Below, one piece after another: positions 28,952 to 44,099 of a stretch of 64,000 nt of DNA (within the stretch, counting starts at the first letter, position 1; each line of letters opens with the position of its first letter). The stretch lies in the NCBI RefSeq assembly GCF_009914755.1, contig NC_060929.1. One strand, 5' to 3'. The notes under the pieces were generated by a model that made no database searches, was not told where the DNA came from, and was given only the letters and a program-made list of their open reading frames with translations. Made by a program: the position numbers and the translations under genes. Source of the stretch: the human T2T-CHM13v2.0 reference genome, Homo sapiens.

Positions 28952-29586
28952 ATGATATTCCTTGTGAAATATTAGTAACAAATTATTTGGGTATTTAAAC
29001 ATTAGGAATCTTTTCAAAGCATTTTTAATAGGAAGAAATTTTTCTTCTAGATGTATATAGGTGATGCCATGATTCCTTAATTATTTTAATTGACAAAGCT
29101 GAACTCATTAAATGACTAAATGAAGCTTAAGTTTTCTTATGAAACCATCATAAATCAAAGAACATTTGACTCTTGATTGTCTTGGGTAAAGAAGAGAATA
29201 ATTGTCTTTGCTTGTTTTTAACCATCTCTATTACAAGTGCCCAATTTAAGAATTAGGAAAAAAATGTATTTATATACTTTTACAAGTCCCATGGATTTTG
29301 TTCATCTTCTCGTTATCTTCAGAATCTCATACTTTGCATATATTTAATTTATTCTTGTCTTTTGGTTTTTTTTCTTTTAAACTAAAAGTATATCATCTGT
29401 GCTCACAGTTGACAAGGAATGGTACCATGTTAAAATATACCATGATTTGATGAATAAGCAAGCACAACACAAAGCAAATTTGAAGTAAACTGAAATTTAG
29501 TTTGCCTTGGGCAATGTTTTTACCCATTCTGTATGCTACTTAGACAGCTGTTATCTAATCCTTAATGCTGATGAAAATTTAAGTCA

Positions 29587-29896
<310 letters not shown>

Positions 29897-32207
29897 GATG
29901 ACTGGTGTCAGAGCTATTTTTGTTTTTTAAAAAATATTCTTACAAACACCCCTCTTCTTGAGCTTAACCACCACATATCCCTTCCATAGGAACAAGATAT
30001 GGTATGTGTAACTAAGTCATCTCTAGTGAGTCACTGGATACAATTTATATATCGAAGTATCCTTAGCATGTGTTTGCTTCTGCTTTAGTTGAAATGTTAA
30101 GCCTTCTATAGGTGTTATTCATATTTATACTCCCACAGCCCAGAAGAGTGGCTGATACATAATAGGTTAATAATAAGGGCTTGATGGGCCAGGCACAGTG
30201 ACTCACATGCCTGTAGTCCCAGCTTCTTGGGAGGCTGAGGCAGGAGGATCTCTTGAGCCCAGGAGTTTGAGGCTATAGTACACTATGATCGTGCCTGTGA
30301 ATACCCACTAACCTACAGCCAGCCTGGACAACATAGTGAGACCCTGTCTCTAAAAAAAATGAAGACTTGATGAGTTGAACAGGGAAAACAAAAGTTTGCT
30401 CTTCTAAAAAGAAACTGAAGCAGAAATAGTACAATCATCTTTTGTTGCTTCTGGGAATACTTTTCAGAAACGAATAATTCATAGTAATATATATCAGATG
30501 CTATCTTGTTGCTCCATTAATATTGAGCAAAAGATAGGCTTACCAAGAATAGTTTCACTATAATGATGTCCTAGTGTTATATCCACAGGTATATTACTTA
30601 ACAAAGGTATAGTTTACACATAGGATGGTTATTCAAGTTATTATTAAAATCTTCCATTCAGATGTGGTACATTAGAATATTCAGTACCTCCAAGTAAAAT
30701 AATAAATATTTTCAGCCTTGATTAAACTCTAGACTCCCTTCCAGACTTCCATTTCCCTTGCCCACATTTACTAAAAGATGAGTGTGCTGGAAATTTCAAG
30801 TATTATATGAGCCTCTGATACCTACCAGTATTTAAACAGGATTTAATTATTTCAACACTTCACCCATCAATCTTCACTTCTCCTGTTCAGATAAAAATGC
30901 TTTCATCCCAAATAAGTAAAACAAGAACATTAATAGTGCTAATAATATAATCTTTTCATTGGATAGGTCTGAGTTTAGCGTTTGTTTGTTTTCTTAATGA
31001 GATCAAAAGTTAAAGACCAAGGCAGCAAAATATTGTGAAACAAGCTGAACTTGGGATCAGCATACATTTGTTCAGTCTTGTTTCATTTAGTATGACTTTG
31101 GGCATATCACTTAAATCTCTTATCTATAAAACAAGTACATAAAAGTCTTGATTCCTGAAGTGCCTTTCTACTTTAAAATATTTTGTTTAAAATATCAAAC
31201 TTCAATATAAATATGTTGGAAAACAATTCTAATCAAAGAACTTCTATTAAGTAAAACAAGACAAAATGTGTGTAAAAATATGACTAACACATAGATTTCC
31301 TTGATTGTATTTTCTACTGAACTATTTTCAAGTATTCAGCTTTATACTAATATATTAATCTCAAAATACCTTTGTTTCATTGTTGCTACTCCTTAAACTT
31401 TTTTCTTTATTATCTAGATCTAGTAAAGTTTTCTGCATTCATTGTATTAATGTTGGTTCAAAAGTAATTGCGTCCTTTGTCGTTATATAAATTGTTTTAT
31501 AAATGGCTTTAACTATGACATAAGCCTTTTAACATAATCAGCTTTCTTTAAAGGAGGAAGTCAGATGAGTAGAGAAGGAAAGTTATATTCCTTTACAAAT
31601 GCTCTTAATTTTAATGTCTTAAGGGAATTATAGAGACTTCCATTATTCTGCCTTAAATAAGGGATGTTACTTCAGTTTTCTTGTCATGGCTCCCTGCATG
31701 GGCAGTCATGTTAACAAGAGTCAGGGAGATAGCAGATATTCCATAATAGTGACTGCAGATAGGCCAGTCAAAGTCATTTTGTTTTAAAGGAAGGGAGGTT
31801 GCTGGTAGTTAGGTGGGAAAATAACACCTGTGAAAAGGAAGTCCAAGTCACTGGCTCAGGGACTTTGGAGGCATTTTCATATCATATTCACTAGTCAAGA
31901 AACGTGTAGATTATATGTGTGAGTGACATAGTCTGTTTCAAAGTATTAGAAAAGAGACAATAGAATCACCCACCCTCCCTTCGACACACACTTCCTTATG
32001 TAAAATCAGAATCAAATAATTATCATTCCTAACCCTCACAGTGAAGGATTTGGTTTCATGTAACAATGAAAGTAGATAATGGGTCAGACATGGAAATAGC
32101 AATAAAAGGGAATTACAACAAGATAAATGTGAGTAATAGTTCATTTTCCTGCATTTTTGATGAGGGCCATGAAGATAGGTCATGGTAATCTATGGAGAAG
32201 GTCCTTA

Positions 32208-32487
32208 AGAGCATAGAACAATATAAATATAATATGGGCCATATATATAATTTTAAAATTTTCTACAGCCAAATGTTAAAAAGTAAAAAACAATTTTAAT
32301 AATCCAGTAGCTCCAAAATATTATTTTAATATGTAATCCAATATATTGAAGTTATAAGATATTTTACATTCTTTTTTTGATATCTGATGTATATTTTACA
32401 CTTTCATCACATCTCCATTCAGACCGGCTACAATTTGATCAGTTGTCACATGTGGATGACTAGTGGCTATGATAATGGACAGCATAG
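32208..32487 (+). mobile_element. MER33/MER3-like hAT-Charlie element
   Basis: aatataaatataatatgggccatat...ctagtggctatgataatggacagca; resembles recalled consensus. Confidence 0.6.
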
Positions 32488-33337
32488 GTTTAGACAATGC
32501 CTATTCAACTATTCAACTTGTTTTACATTTATAAATCTCAAAATGCCTTTATTTCATTGTTGGTACTCTTTTTTATTACCCAGATACAATAAAGTTTTCC
32601 AAGTTTCATTGTACAAATGAAATGAGTTTACTGTGGAAATGAAAATGCAGAGTAAGTCCAACAGCTAGTTTATCATCCTGAACCCAGTGAAGAAATCAAA
32701 GCTGAATAAAAGTGACTCCTAGTTGTTACTCTCAAGGGCAGGTATAATTTATGTGCAAGACTTTGTAGCATAATGTTTTGCAAGTAGTGGATGTTCAATA
32801 TCTACAATAAATGAATTGTAGTACTATATTGCTTGAAGGAAGTTTATAACCTGTCTAGAACAACTTTCTCAATTTTACAACTAAACTAGGAGATCCAGGG
32901 CTTAAATCATGATTGAACTGATTATTCCTGTTAAATTTATGTGTGAACCATATGTGAACATTCTTTGAAAATGTATGATAAGCATTTCAAGATTTCTGTT
33001 TTAATTATTAACATTTAGAATTCTAGGAAATCTTTTGGGATACAGAGAACTTATTTCTTCCAACTGTTGCTTCAGACGCTGATAAGATTGTAGAAGATAG
33101 GGAAGCTGTAGTTTACTATCTAGTTTTTTAATGCACATGAAGTAATTTAAAATGCTCTTCTTCCTTTCTTGTCACATACTTTTAAAAAATTCTCTAAAGA
33201 TTGAATAATTTTAAGTATTTCTTAACTGGGCAAAATGGAAACTTTGTAACTGAAGCCAGTCAAGGTGAATACACAGAAAATCATTTTCTTATTAAGGTCA
33301 GTTAATGGGATAAACCGTTTTAAGAGAGTTGAGAAAA

Positions 33338-33379
33338 AATAAAGTTCTATTTTAAATTTATACATGTAACTTTAATAAA
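33338..33379 (+). terminator. SNX2: Candidate distal poly(A) signals (long SNX2 3'UTR)
   Basis: Two AATAAA (33338..33343, 33374..33379) with a TGTA between them; usage is inferred. Confidence 0.4.
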
Positions 33380-33808
33380 AACTAAGTCAGACAAAATTTA
33401 ACAAAACTAAATTGCCTTCTTACTGCTTCCATAGTCAGTCTCGAGTTATCTTGATTTTAACCTACTCTTATTTTCTAGATCTTCATTTCAAATATTCTCA
33501 CTATATATGTGTATACAGTGTGTATATTTGTGTGTAGAAGTGTGTGTGTGAATGCAACAGGCTTTTAAACCAAACTTAATTTCTAAATTGTAGTTTTAAA
33601 TATGTCCCAGCCTTCTGTAACTGAGACACAAAGCCAAATGCTTATGTTTTTAGAGTTATATTGCTTAGGTGTCATAATTTCACTAAGACCAACTTGAACT
33701 GATTCCACTTTTGAAATCTCTGCCCTTATTTTATTTCCATTGTCTGTCTCCTCAGGGTCAAGATCTTGTGGCTGGGACTATCTTGAGTCTCCTATAAAAA
33801 CTATTCTT

Positions 33809-34131
<323 letters not shown>

Positions 34132-36210
34132 TTAGTCTCTCTCTACTCTGCCAGTCCTACAACCTGCTCCCAAATTGATCTTCCTAAATAACTCTTGTCA
34201 TGGTGCTATGCTCAGAAATCTTCATAGACTCCTTACAGTCTGCAGATAAAGTTCAGATGCTTGCTCCATAATTTGGTCTCAAACTATTTTTCCTGTCTTG
34301 ATTCTTACCCCTTAACTTCACTCACCTTTTGCTTTAATGAAATTAGGCTCCTGTCTCATGAGCATGCTCTCTTCCTTCCTGGTTCATGTTTTTGTTAGTG
34401 ACACCCCTTCTCTGATTAACCTTTCCCTTTTAACAGCAATTGTTTAAATCTTGTCCATCCCTTAAACTTTAAAGCCAAATCTAAAGTCCACATCCTTTTA
34501 AGTACCCTAGCTAGAAGGAATGTCTCTTGATCTCTCAGTAGGACTCCAGTAACACTTTGTTCCTTTTAGATTGCAATTATAGAGATCTATCTTGCATTAT
34601 AGTTGTGTGGCATTACTGCCTTGACTAATTTGTATGTCTCTTGAGGAATGACTATGCCCATGTTATTTCTTGTAGAAACCAGTGTTTTACAGCCAAGACA
34701 GTGTAATCGAATGATTAAGAATGCAGTTACACATTCAGCCCACCAGTATGAATCCTGGCTCAAGAGCCTACAATATTGACTTTAAGCAAGTTATTTATCT
34801 CTAAAAGTTACTTTCCTTATCTGTATAATGGAAAGTGTCCCTTCAGATGCTCCTTAAGGACACTAAGATGATGTGAATTTCTTAGCAATAGCAAGTGCTT
34901 TATAAAATATTAGCTATCATATATCCAATAAATGTTACTGAACACTTAACATCTCAGTCTGAACAAAGTACTCACATTTCGATTATTTCACCAGTCTTTA
35001 GGGCTTCTTCAAAACAACGAGTTTATGCTTGACTATGGTCTAAATAGGCTTACCAAAAAGAGCCCTTCCCAGAATAGTATGCCCTAGGAGATCCACACTG
35101 GGAGCCCTGGGGCTGAGCATCAGAGGTGGAGGGGAAAAAAGCAGGCAGTCAAAATCAATTTGTATTCAGCCAACAAAAGTTTAGAACTTCATCCACTACA
35201 GAGATACTCCACTATAGATAAATGAATGTTATCAGTAAATGTGAGAAACCTTTAAAAAGCCTGGAGACCAAGGATGAAATAGAAATATGGTTATTAGGGA
35301 AAGAAAAGTTCACTTCCACCCAAACACATGTAAGAACCTTGAATATGTTGTAAGCCAGAGGAAATAGTAAATCATGGAAGGAAGATGGTGAGTGAAAAAA
35401 TTATAAGAACATTCGATGCAGCAGCAGTCAACCAGCCAAGTGATGGTAAAGGCCTGAACCACTGTAGTGGAAGTAGGAAAGGAGGTAATTTAGGGAAACC
35501 GTAATTAAGATGGCAAGTTTCATTTATTCTTTCATTTATCCATCCATTTTGAAATCTGCATGCAAATTTCAAAAATCCTGGGTAAAACTAATATCTAAGG
35601 GAAGAAAGAAGTCAGGTAGATGGAAAGAGTCTCAGAAAGAAGTGGGGATATTTCTTACTCTGCACAAAAGGAAAGGGAAGAATGAGTGTATTTGGAGATG
35701 AAAAAAAGGCAGGACATTTTTTGTTTTGGCAAAGTAAGAAAGCCATCAGGGAGTAATGTCAGCAGAAAGGCCAAAGAAGATTAGATACCAAAAAAGAATG
35801 GCACATGTTTAGGAAAAAAAAGGGAGGGGATGAGTAAAAGGACTATTGATGAGTGCTAATTTTCAAATGAGTGAAAATCATGAGTTTACAGTGAAGCCAA
35901 CTGAAGAAAATATATATTTCTTAAGCCATCAGAAAGTATGACCTAAAACTGATGGATTTTTTTCAGTATTGGGGATTGTTGGTGGGTTTCAGAGAACATT
36001 TAGGGAGAAAGTTGCATTGAGAGAAATGAAGGCAAGAGAAAGGTGACAAGCATAAATTAGAGGATTTCAATGCGGTGATGAAGTGAAAGCAGATTTTCTA
36101 CCAGAGAATGAGAGAGAAGAATTGAGAAAGTAGTCAAAGGAGGGAACTTAAGTTTCAGAAATGAAGACGTTAATTTTTAGTATGTTGGCACGTTTTGAAA
36201 AAGAGAATAA

Positions 36211-37040
<830 letters not shown>

Positions 37041-37404
37041 GGCTAAATAAAAAACAATGGTTCTCTGTCCCACGTGTCCTGTTTTCCTAATCCTTTTCCT
37101 CAGAGACAACCTCTTTCTAGTCTTAGCTGTTTCTCCTGCCATCATATACCTTCACATTTCTAAATAATAGGCATATATTGCTATCAATCATCAATTTTAG
37201 GCATTACCTACTTATCTTTTTTATGGTAAATCAGTTTGGTTCTCTCACTCTGCCATCTCTCTGCTTTACACATTTCTTCCCCACCCTTTCAATGTAGTTA
37301 CATTGCAATCTTTTTGTTAAATCAGTGTTTGCATTATTGTGCCTATGCAAATATTATTCAAAGCTAAAAGTTGAAGTGTATTGTGATTTTCTTCCTTTTT
37401 TAAA

Positions 37405-37720
37405 AAATAAACTGTTTTAGAAGTTTTAGATTTACGGAAAAAATGTGAAGGTAATACATATAGAGTTCTCATATACCCTGCACCGTTTCTTCTATCAACA
37501 TGTTAGTATAGTACACCTGTTACTACTAATAAATAAATACTGAAACATTATTATTAGCTAAAGTCTGTTGTTTACTCAGATTTCATTTGTTTTTGCTTAA
37601 TGCATTTTTTCTGTTCCAGGACCCCTTCCAGGATACCACATCCAGGATACACTGAGTTGTCATGACTCCTTCTGCTCTTGGTTGTGACAGTTTCTCAGGC
37701 TCTCCTTGTTTTCTATTACC
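37405..37720 (-). mobile_element. Old L1M 3'-end fragment (more degraded L1M-like sequence to ~40650)
   Basis: gttttagatttacggaaaaaatg...tagagttctcatataccc; T-rich strand bias. Confidence 0.5.
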
Positions 37721-38321
37721 TTGCTATTTTTCCCTCAGGTAAAACATGCCTTGATTTTTTTCATGTGGTTGGTGCTTTTTTTTTATTATTGCTAATTTTT
37801 CCCATGTCTTCCCATAATAGTGTCTCAGTACATTTTCCCATAGACCACCCATACTGGGTAATCTAGCCATTCTAAATGTTTTCCTTTGAGCCCTCTCTCC
37901 TGGGGACTTCTCTATGGGGCTGGTGCTTTCTGGACTTGCTGTAGTGTTATCCTTGGACTCCTCTTGCTCTCAAATTTGGAATTGCCTTTACCATTCTCCT
38001 GGCATGTATTCCTTATATCCTGAGACTCAGGCCTTCCTCTTTCTTGGTATATTTTCTTGTGTTGGTGAAGCATATTTTCCAGTAGTTCCTTTAGGTTAAA
38101 AGGAAGACACAGCAGACAACATTGTGAAGACAGACCTCAAAACGCCTGCTTCTTGAGTCATGTTGCTTTAGTCTGTACTAGTTACCTTTTTAAACTCATT
38201 GCACAGTGGTAATCCTAAAGATTTCCTTTGCTTCTCCTTTGGGTTGTATCTTTTGTTTTCTATACCCCACAGTTTCCTCTTTCTTGATTTATTCCCTCAT
38301 TTTGGTGAATATACAGAGTAG

Positions 38322-39192
<871 letters not shown>

Positions 39193-39864
39193 GATTTCTA
39201 ATAGCATGTGTTTGTTTTCATCCTGTGTGGGGACTTTCAATCTGGAAACATGACATTCTGGTGTGGAAATTTTCTTGAGTTATTTCACCCATGATTTCCT
39301 TTCTTCTGTATTCTCTGTCTTCTCTTTCTGGAATTTCCATTGTTTGAATATTGGATGACCTGGATTTGATTTTTGCTCCTATTTTTCATCTCTGTCATTT
39401 TGCTCTACTTTCTAGGAGTTCTTTTTCTGTTTTCTGATTGTTTCTGTTTTTAACAGCTTCCTGTTCTTGTTTCATAGATGCAATGTCTTCCTGTATCTCT
39501 CTGAAAATATTAGTGACAGTTTACTTTATAAGTTTTTTCCCCCCTCCTGGTTTTTGTTTCTTCCAAATTGTTTTTCTATTTTGGTATCTCTTCCATGTTA
39601 GATGCTTTCCTCAGATATGTTACTTGTTAGATGTCTCTTCATGATTAGCAGTGGGATTTGAAAGCTGACTGGAAGCTTTGGGAGTAGTTATGGGGCCTGT
39701 CAACTTAGAGCATCACTGAAGAGTGATCTCATTGGGCTATTTGTAGGAGACTTTCAATGTTGGTATCTTCGAAGTTTTTCCTATTGAGCTATTTAGATTC
39801 CCGCAGAGAATACATTTCCTGTTGCCTGCCTAGCAGGTAAAGGTGTTGCTGCCAGCCTTTATAG

Positions 39865-40246
<382 letters not shown>

Positions 40247-40685
40247 GGCCAGTCAACTTCTAATGCAAAGATTGTTTCTTTTTCCCTCTCTAGAGGAAAT
40301 ATTCTCCAGATGTAGAGGGAACAATGGATCTTCCTGATTCTCAGTTTTTACCAAGACTCCTTATTTTAGCCAATTACCTTCCATTCTAGAGGTACCTATT
40401 GTTCCTTTTGTGGCGCCTTTTGAGTATTGTGCTGTGTAAATCAGGTTGGTTCTGTTTTTCCTGCTGTTGGTTTAAGATTGGGATTTCTCGTTTGCTAAAA
40501 ATGTTTCTTCCCTTCTATCTGCTTTTCAGCTGACAAATGTCTTGCTCTCTCCTCTCCTATTTTTTCTATCTCTGTGGGTTTTTAAAAAAAGGGAAAAATT
40601 ACTTGCGTTTATACTGGGGCTAGAAGGTTGAAATTAGTTATATATTTTCAATTTGCTATCTTAACTCAGAAACCTGTACAACAGT

Positions 40686-41092
40686 CCGGGCGCAGACACA
40701 GTGGCTTATGGCTGTAATCCCAGCACTTTGGGAGGCCGGTGGGGGTGAATCACTTGAGGTCAGGAGTTCAAGACCAGCCTGGCCAACATGGTGAAACTCT
40801 GTCTCTAAAATACAAAAATTAGTCAGACGTGGTGGCACGTGCCTGTAGTCCGAGGCAGAAGAATCGCTTGAACCCAGGAGGTGGAGGTTGCAGTGAACTA
40901 AGATCACGCCATTGCACTCCAGCCTGGGCGTCTCAGCAAGACCTCATCTCAAAAAAAAAAAAAAAAAAAAAAATCTGTACAACAGTCTTTTTAAATGCAA
41001 CTCATATTTTTTTTTTTTTTTTTTTGAGACAGGGTCTTGCTGAGATGCCCAGGCTGGGATTACAGCCATGAGCCACTGTACCCGCGCCTGAC
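40686..41092. mobile_element. Sense Alu (40686..40973) plus an inverted, internally deleted copy (41008..41092)
   Basis: TSD ctgtacaacagtc around the sense copy; private variants shared by both copies (see findings). Confidence 0.88.
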
Positions 41093-41424
41093 CTGTTGTA
41101 CAGGTTTCTGAGTTAAGATAGCAAAGGTATCTGAAGCGTTTCTTTCCAAATTTTTGCTCATATTGAAGTAATTCTTTTTTAAAAACTGCCAGTACACTAA
41201 AAATTAATGTCAGCATTTCTGAAACTTAACTTTCCTCCTTTCACTACTTTCTCATTTCTTCTCTCCTTCATTAACAGAAAATCTGCTTTTACCTCATCAC
41301 ATCTAAATCCTCCAATTTATGCCTGTCCCCTCTCTCTTGCCTTCATTTCTCTCAACGTAACCTTCCCCCTTGATGTTCTCTCAAAGCAGATTGTTAAAGA
41401 AGTGAACCCAGCCCCTTAATTCTT

Positions 41425-41585
41425 TCTCTCATATGCTCTTTTGCCCTTCTGCTATGAGATGACCTTCACAGATGCCAGGGCCATGTTCTTCGACTTCCCA
41501 GGTTCTGAGCCAAATAATCTTCTATTCTTTATAAATTACCCAGTCGGTGATATCCTGTTCCATCAGCAGAAAAGGGACTAAGACA
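41425..41585 (+). mobile_element. MaLR LTR 3' remnant (MST/MLT1-like)
   Basis: ctttataaattacccagtc...gggactaagaca terminus. Confidence 0.6.
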
Positions 41586-42649
41586 TTAATCTATCAAATT
41601 AAAGATATTTCTTGCTACTTCTAGCCTAAGAATTTGTGTGAATAGTTGTACTGTTTCATTAATTTTTTCCAGAATCTATTGGGATATTTTTTAATCTGAC
41701 AATATTGTGAAATACATCAAAAGATGTCCTAATGTTTAGCCATCTTTACATTTCTGGGATAAATCTTACTTTGTCATGATGTATTAATCTTATAACTGAA
41801 TGCTGAACGTATAATATATTCGATTTACATTTTAGTCAAAACTTCTAAATGTTAGTGTTAAAGCAGTTTATCTCAATTTGTTGAAGTATATTTCTACCCA
41901 ATACTAAGTAAATGTACTTTTAGTGTAAGAATTTTATGCCCAGATTCCAGCAGAATTTTGTTATTTTGCTCCTGAAAATTGTTTGCTTCTATTAATAGAT
42001 ACTAACTGTTCAATGTTTTATATTTGTATTTAGCATGCATTTTTATTAATGTTTTGAGGAAAAGATATTTAGCTGGCCTGTTACAGACTGTAGAGTTGGA
42101 TTAAAAGATAACATAGGAACAACAGGAAAATACATTTGCCATGTTCTTTTACTTTGGTGCTCTATTCTCCCTTTCCTCGGTGGCTGGAAGACTCAGAGAA
42201 TTTGGTTAGAAATTTAGTTCTTCTAATTATTAGCTAGTAATTTCATACTTACTCTCCGTGAGCCTGAATTACGCCATCTATAATAACTGAAATCGTAACA
42301 ATTACCATTTATGGCTGGGCTAATAGACCCTCAAGAACACACCCACACATTGATAGTTTGTATACATTTTCAGCAAGGGAAAAGTAAATTATACACAGCT
42401 ATTAGTGGAATACAGCAAATGGATATCATTTGGACCATTTATCAGACCTTCATGGAATCACACATTTCTGCCTAAGTCCAACAGGTAAATGGGTGAGCCA
42501 TGCCATTACCAAAATATATATTTTAGGCTAGTAACAGGTTGTAGGATATTATGGAAAGCATATTAAAAACTTGATTCTTGGGAGGCTGAGGTGGGAGGCC
42601 CTTGAAACTCATGTTGTGTCTTATCATAACGCTTCCTCATGTGACTGGT

Positions 42650-42959
42650 TTTTTGTTTTGTTTTTGTTTTTTGAGACAGGGTCTTGCTCTGTCACCCAAG
42701 CTGGAGTGCAGTGGCGTGATCTCGGCTTACTGCAGCCTCCGCCTCATGGGTTCAAGCAATTCTCCCACTCAGCCTCTCAAGTAGCTGGGATTACAGGGGT
42801 GAGTAACCACCCTGTAATCTGGCTAATTTTTGCATTTTTAGTAGAGACAGGGTTTCATCATGTTGGCCAGGCTGATCTCAAACTCTTGACTTCAGGTGAT
42901 ACACCCACCTCGGCCTCCCAAAGTGCTGGGATGACAGGCATGAGCCACCGCGCCCGGCC
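42650..42959 (-). mobile_element. Alu
   Basis: Antisense dimer, TSD-like atgtgactgg/atgtgattg. Confidence 0.92.
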
Positions 42960-44099
42960 ATGTGATTGTTATAGAGATGAAATGAGACATTATGTGATAC
43001 CGAACATAGTACCTGCTGCATTCCACTAGTTTTGTAAAGACGAGTACTTACGTAAGTTACGTGCTGGGTACTATGCCAACCACGAGATGACGAGTTTTTA
43101 AAAGCATGCTTGCCCTAAAACCTAGTAGGTAGGGTAGATAAATAAATCATACATACAGTGTATAGTCACCAGAGGCTTAAGGTAACCTACAAGCTGGGCT
43201 CTGAACTCAGATAGCTTATCGTCCGCAGAGCTGGTTAGTTACCTCAGGAGGTGCTGGCCAGAAGTGAAAGAAAGGTGTGTAGTCACAGGGCACAGCTAAG
43301 GCACAGTTTTGAGAGAAGGGCACATCCTGGAGCTGCAAATGTGTGAGTGCTGGGTTAGGAGGACGGATCTTCAGATGAGACTAATGTAGAGGGGTCCACA
43401 TCAGGTAAGTTCCTAAAACGAGAAGCTGCCTTATCCCTCTGTTGCACGGCTCAGGGTCCCATCATAAAGTCTAGAGTTTGCTAAGCTGAAATGTCCTCTG
43501 CACTCAAGGACAAACGGAGTTAAGTGCAATTGTTTACAGTCCAAGAAAGCTCGCTGGCTGGTTTTTTCCTGGATGGCTGAGGTCACTTCTCAGTGACCTA
43601 CAAGTCACGTCCACGTTTCTATTCTGCTCGGTGCGCTAACCTAAAGAAGAAACCCAACGTTTACTTGACTAACTTGATAATCAAGCCTCCCCCGCCGGGA
43701 CACTTAATCTTTTAGGTACCTTCAGCCTACTAGACCCTGGTCCGAGGCACGGGTTCAGTCCTTTTTTTTTCCGTATTCTATTTTTCCCTCACAGTTAAAA
43801 AGTACTTCACAGTTAAAGGCGGCATTTTAGAACTGCAGCGTGAAGCCAGAGCGTTTGTCTTAGTGACCGGCCAACTTTCGGGCTCACTTTCGAGCTCTGT
43901 GGTACACCACCATTCTCAGATTCGACGTCTAACTCAGGAGACGCTGACCTTCGAATCGAAGGGAATTCGGAGAGTCTTGGTATAAGCCGGCTGGTTCACC
44001 GCTGTTAATGCCAGCCGAGAGGGAAAAAAAAAATTCAACCAACCAAAACAAAAGTTAAAAGCGCCACTCTTTCTATTCTTTGCTGTCTGGCAATCTCTT

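Noticed and set aside
43737-43770. tggtccgagg...gggttcagtcc followed by a T run, resembling Pol III A/B boxes and a terminator
   Set aside because: Boxes are too close together, the B box mismatches GTTCRA, and I cannot build a tRNA cloverleaf
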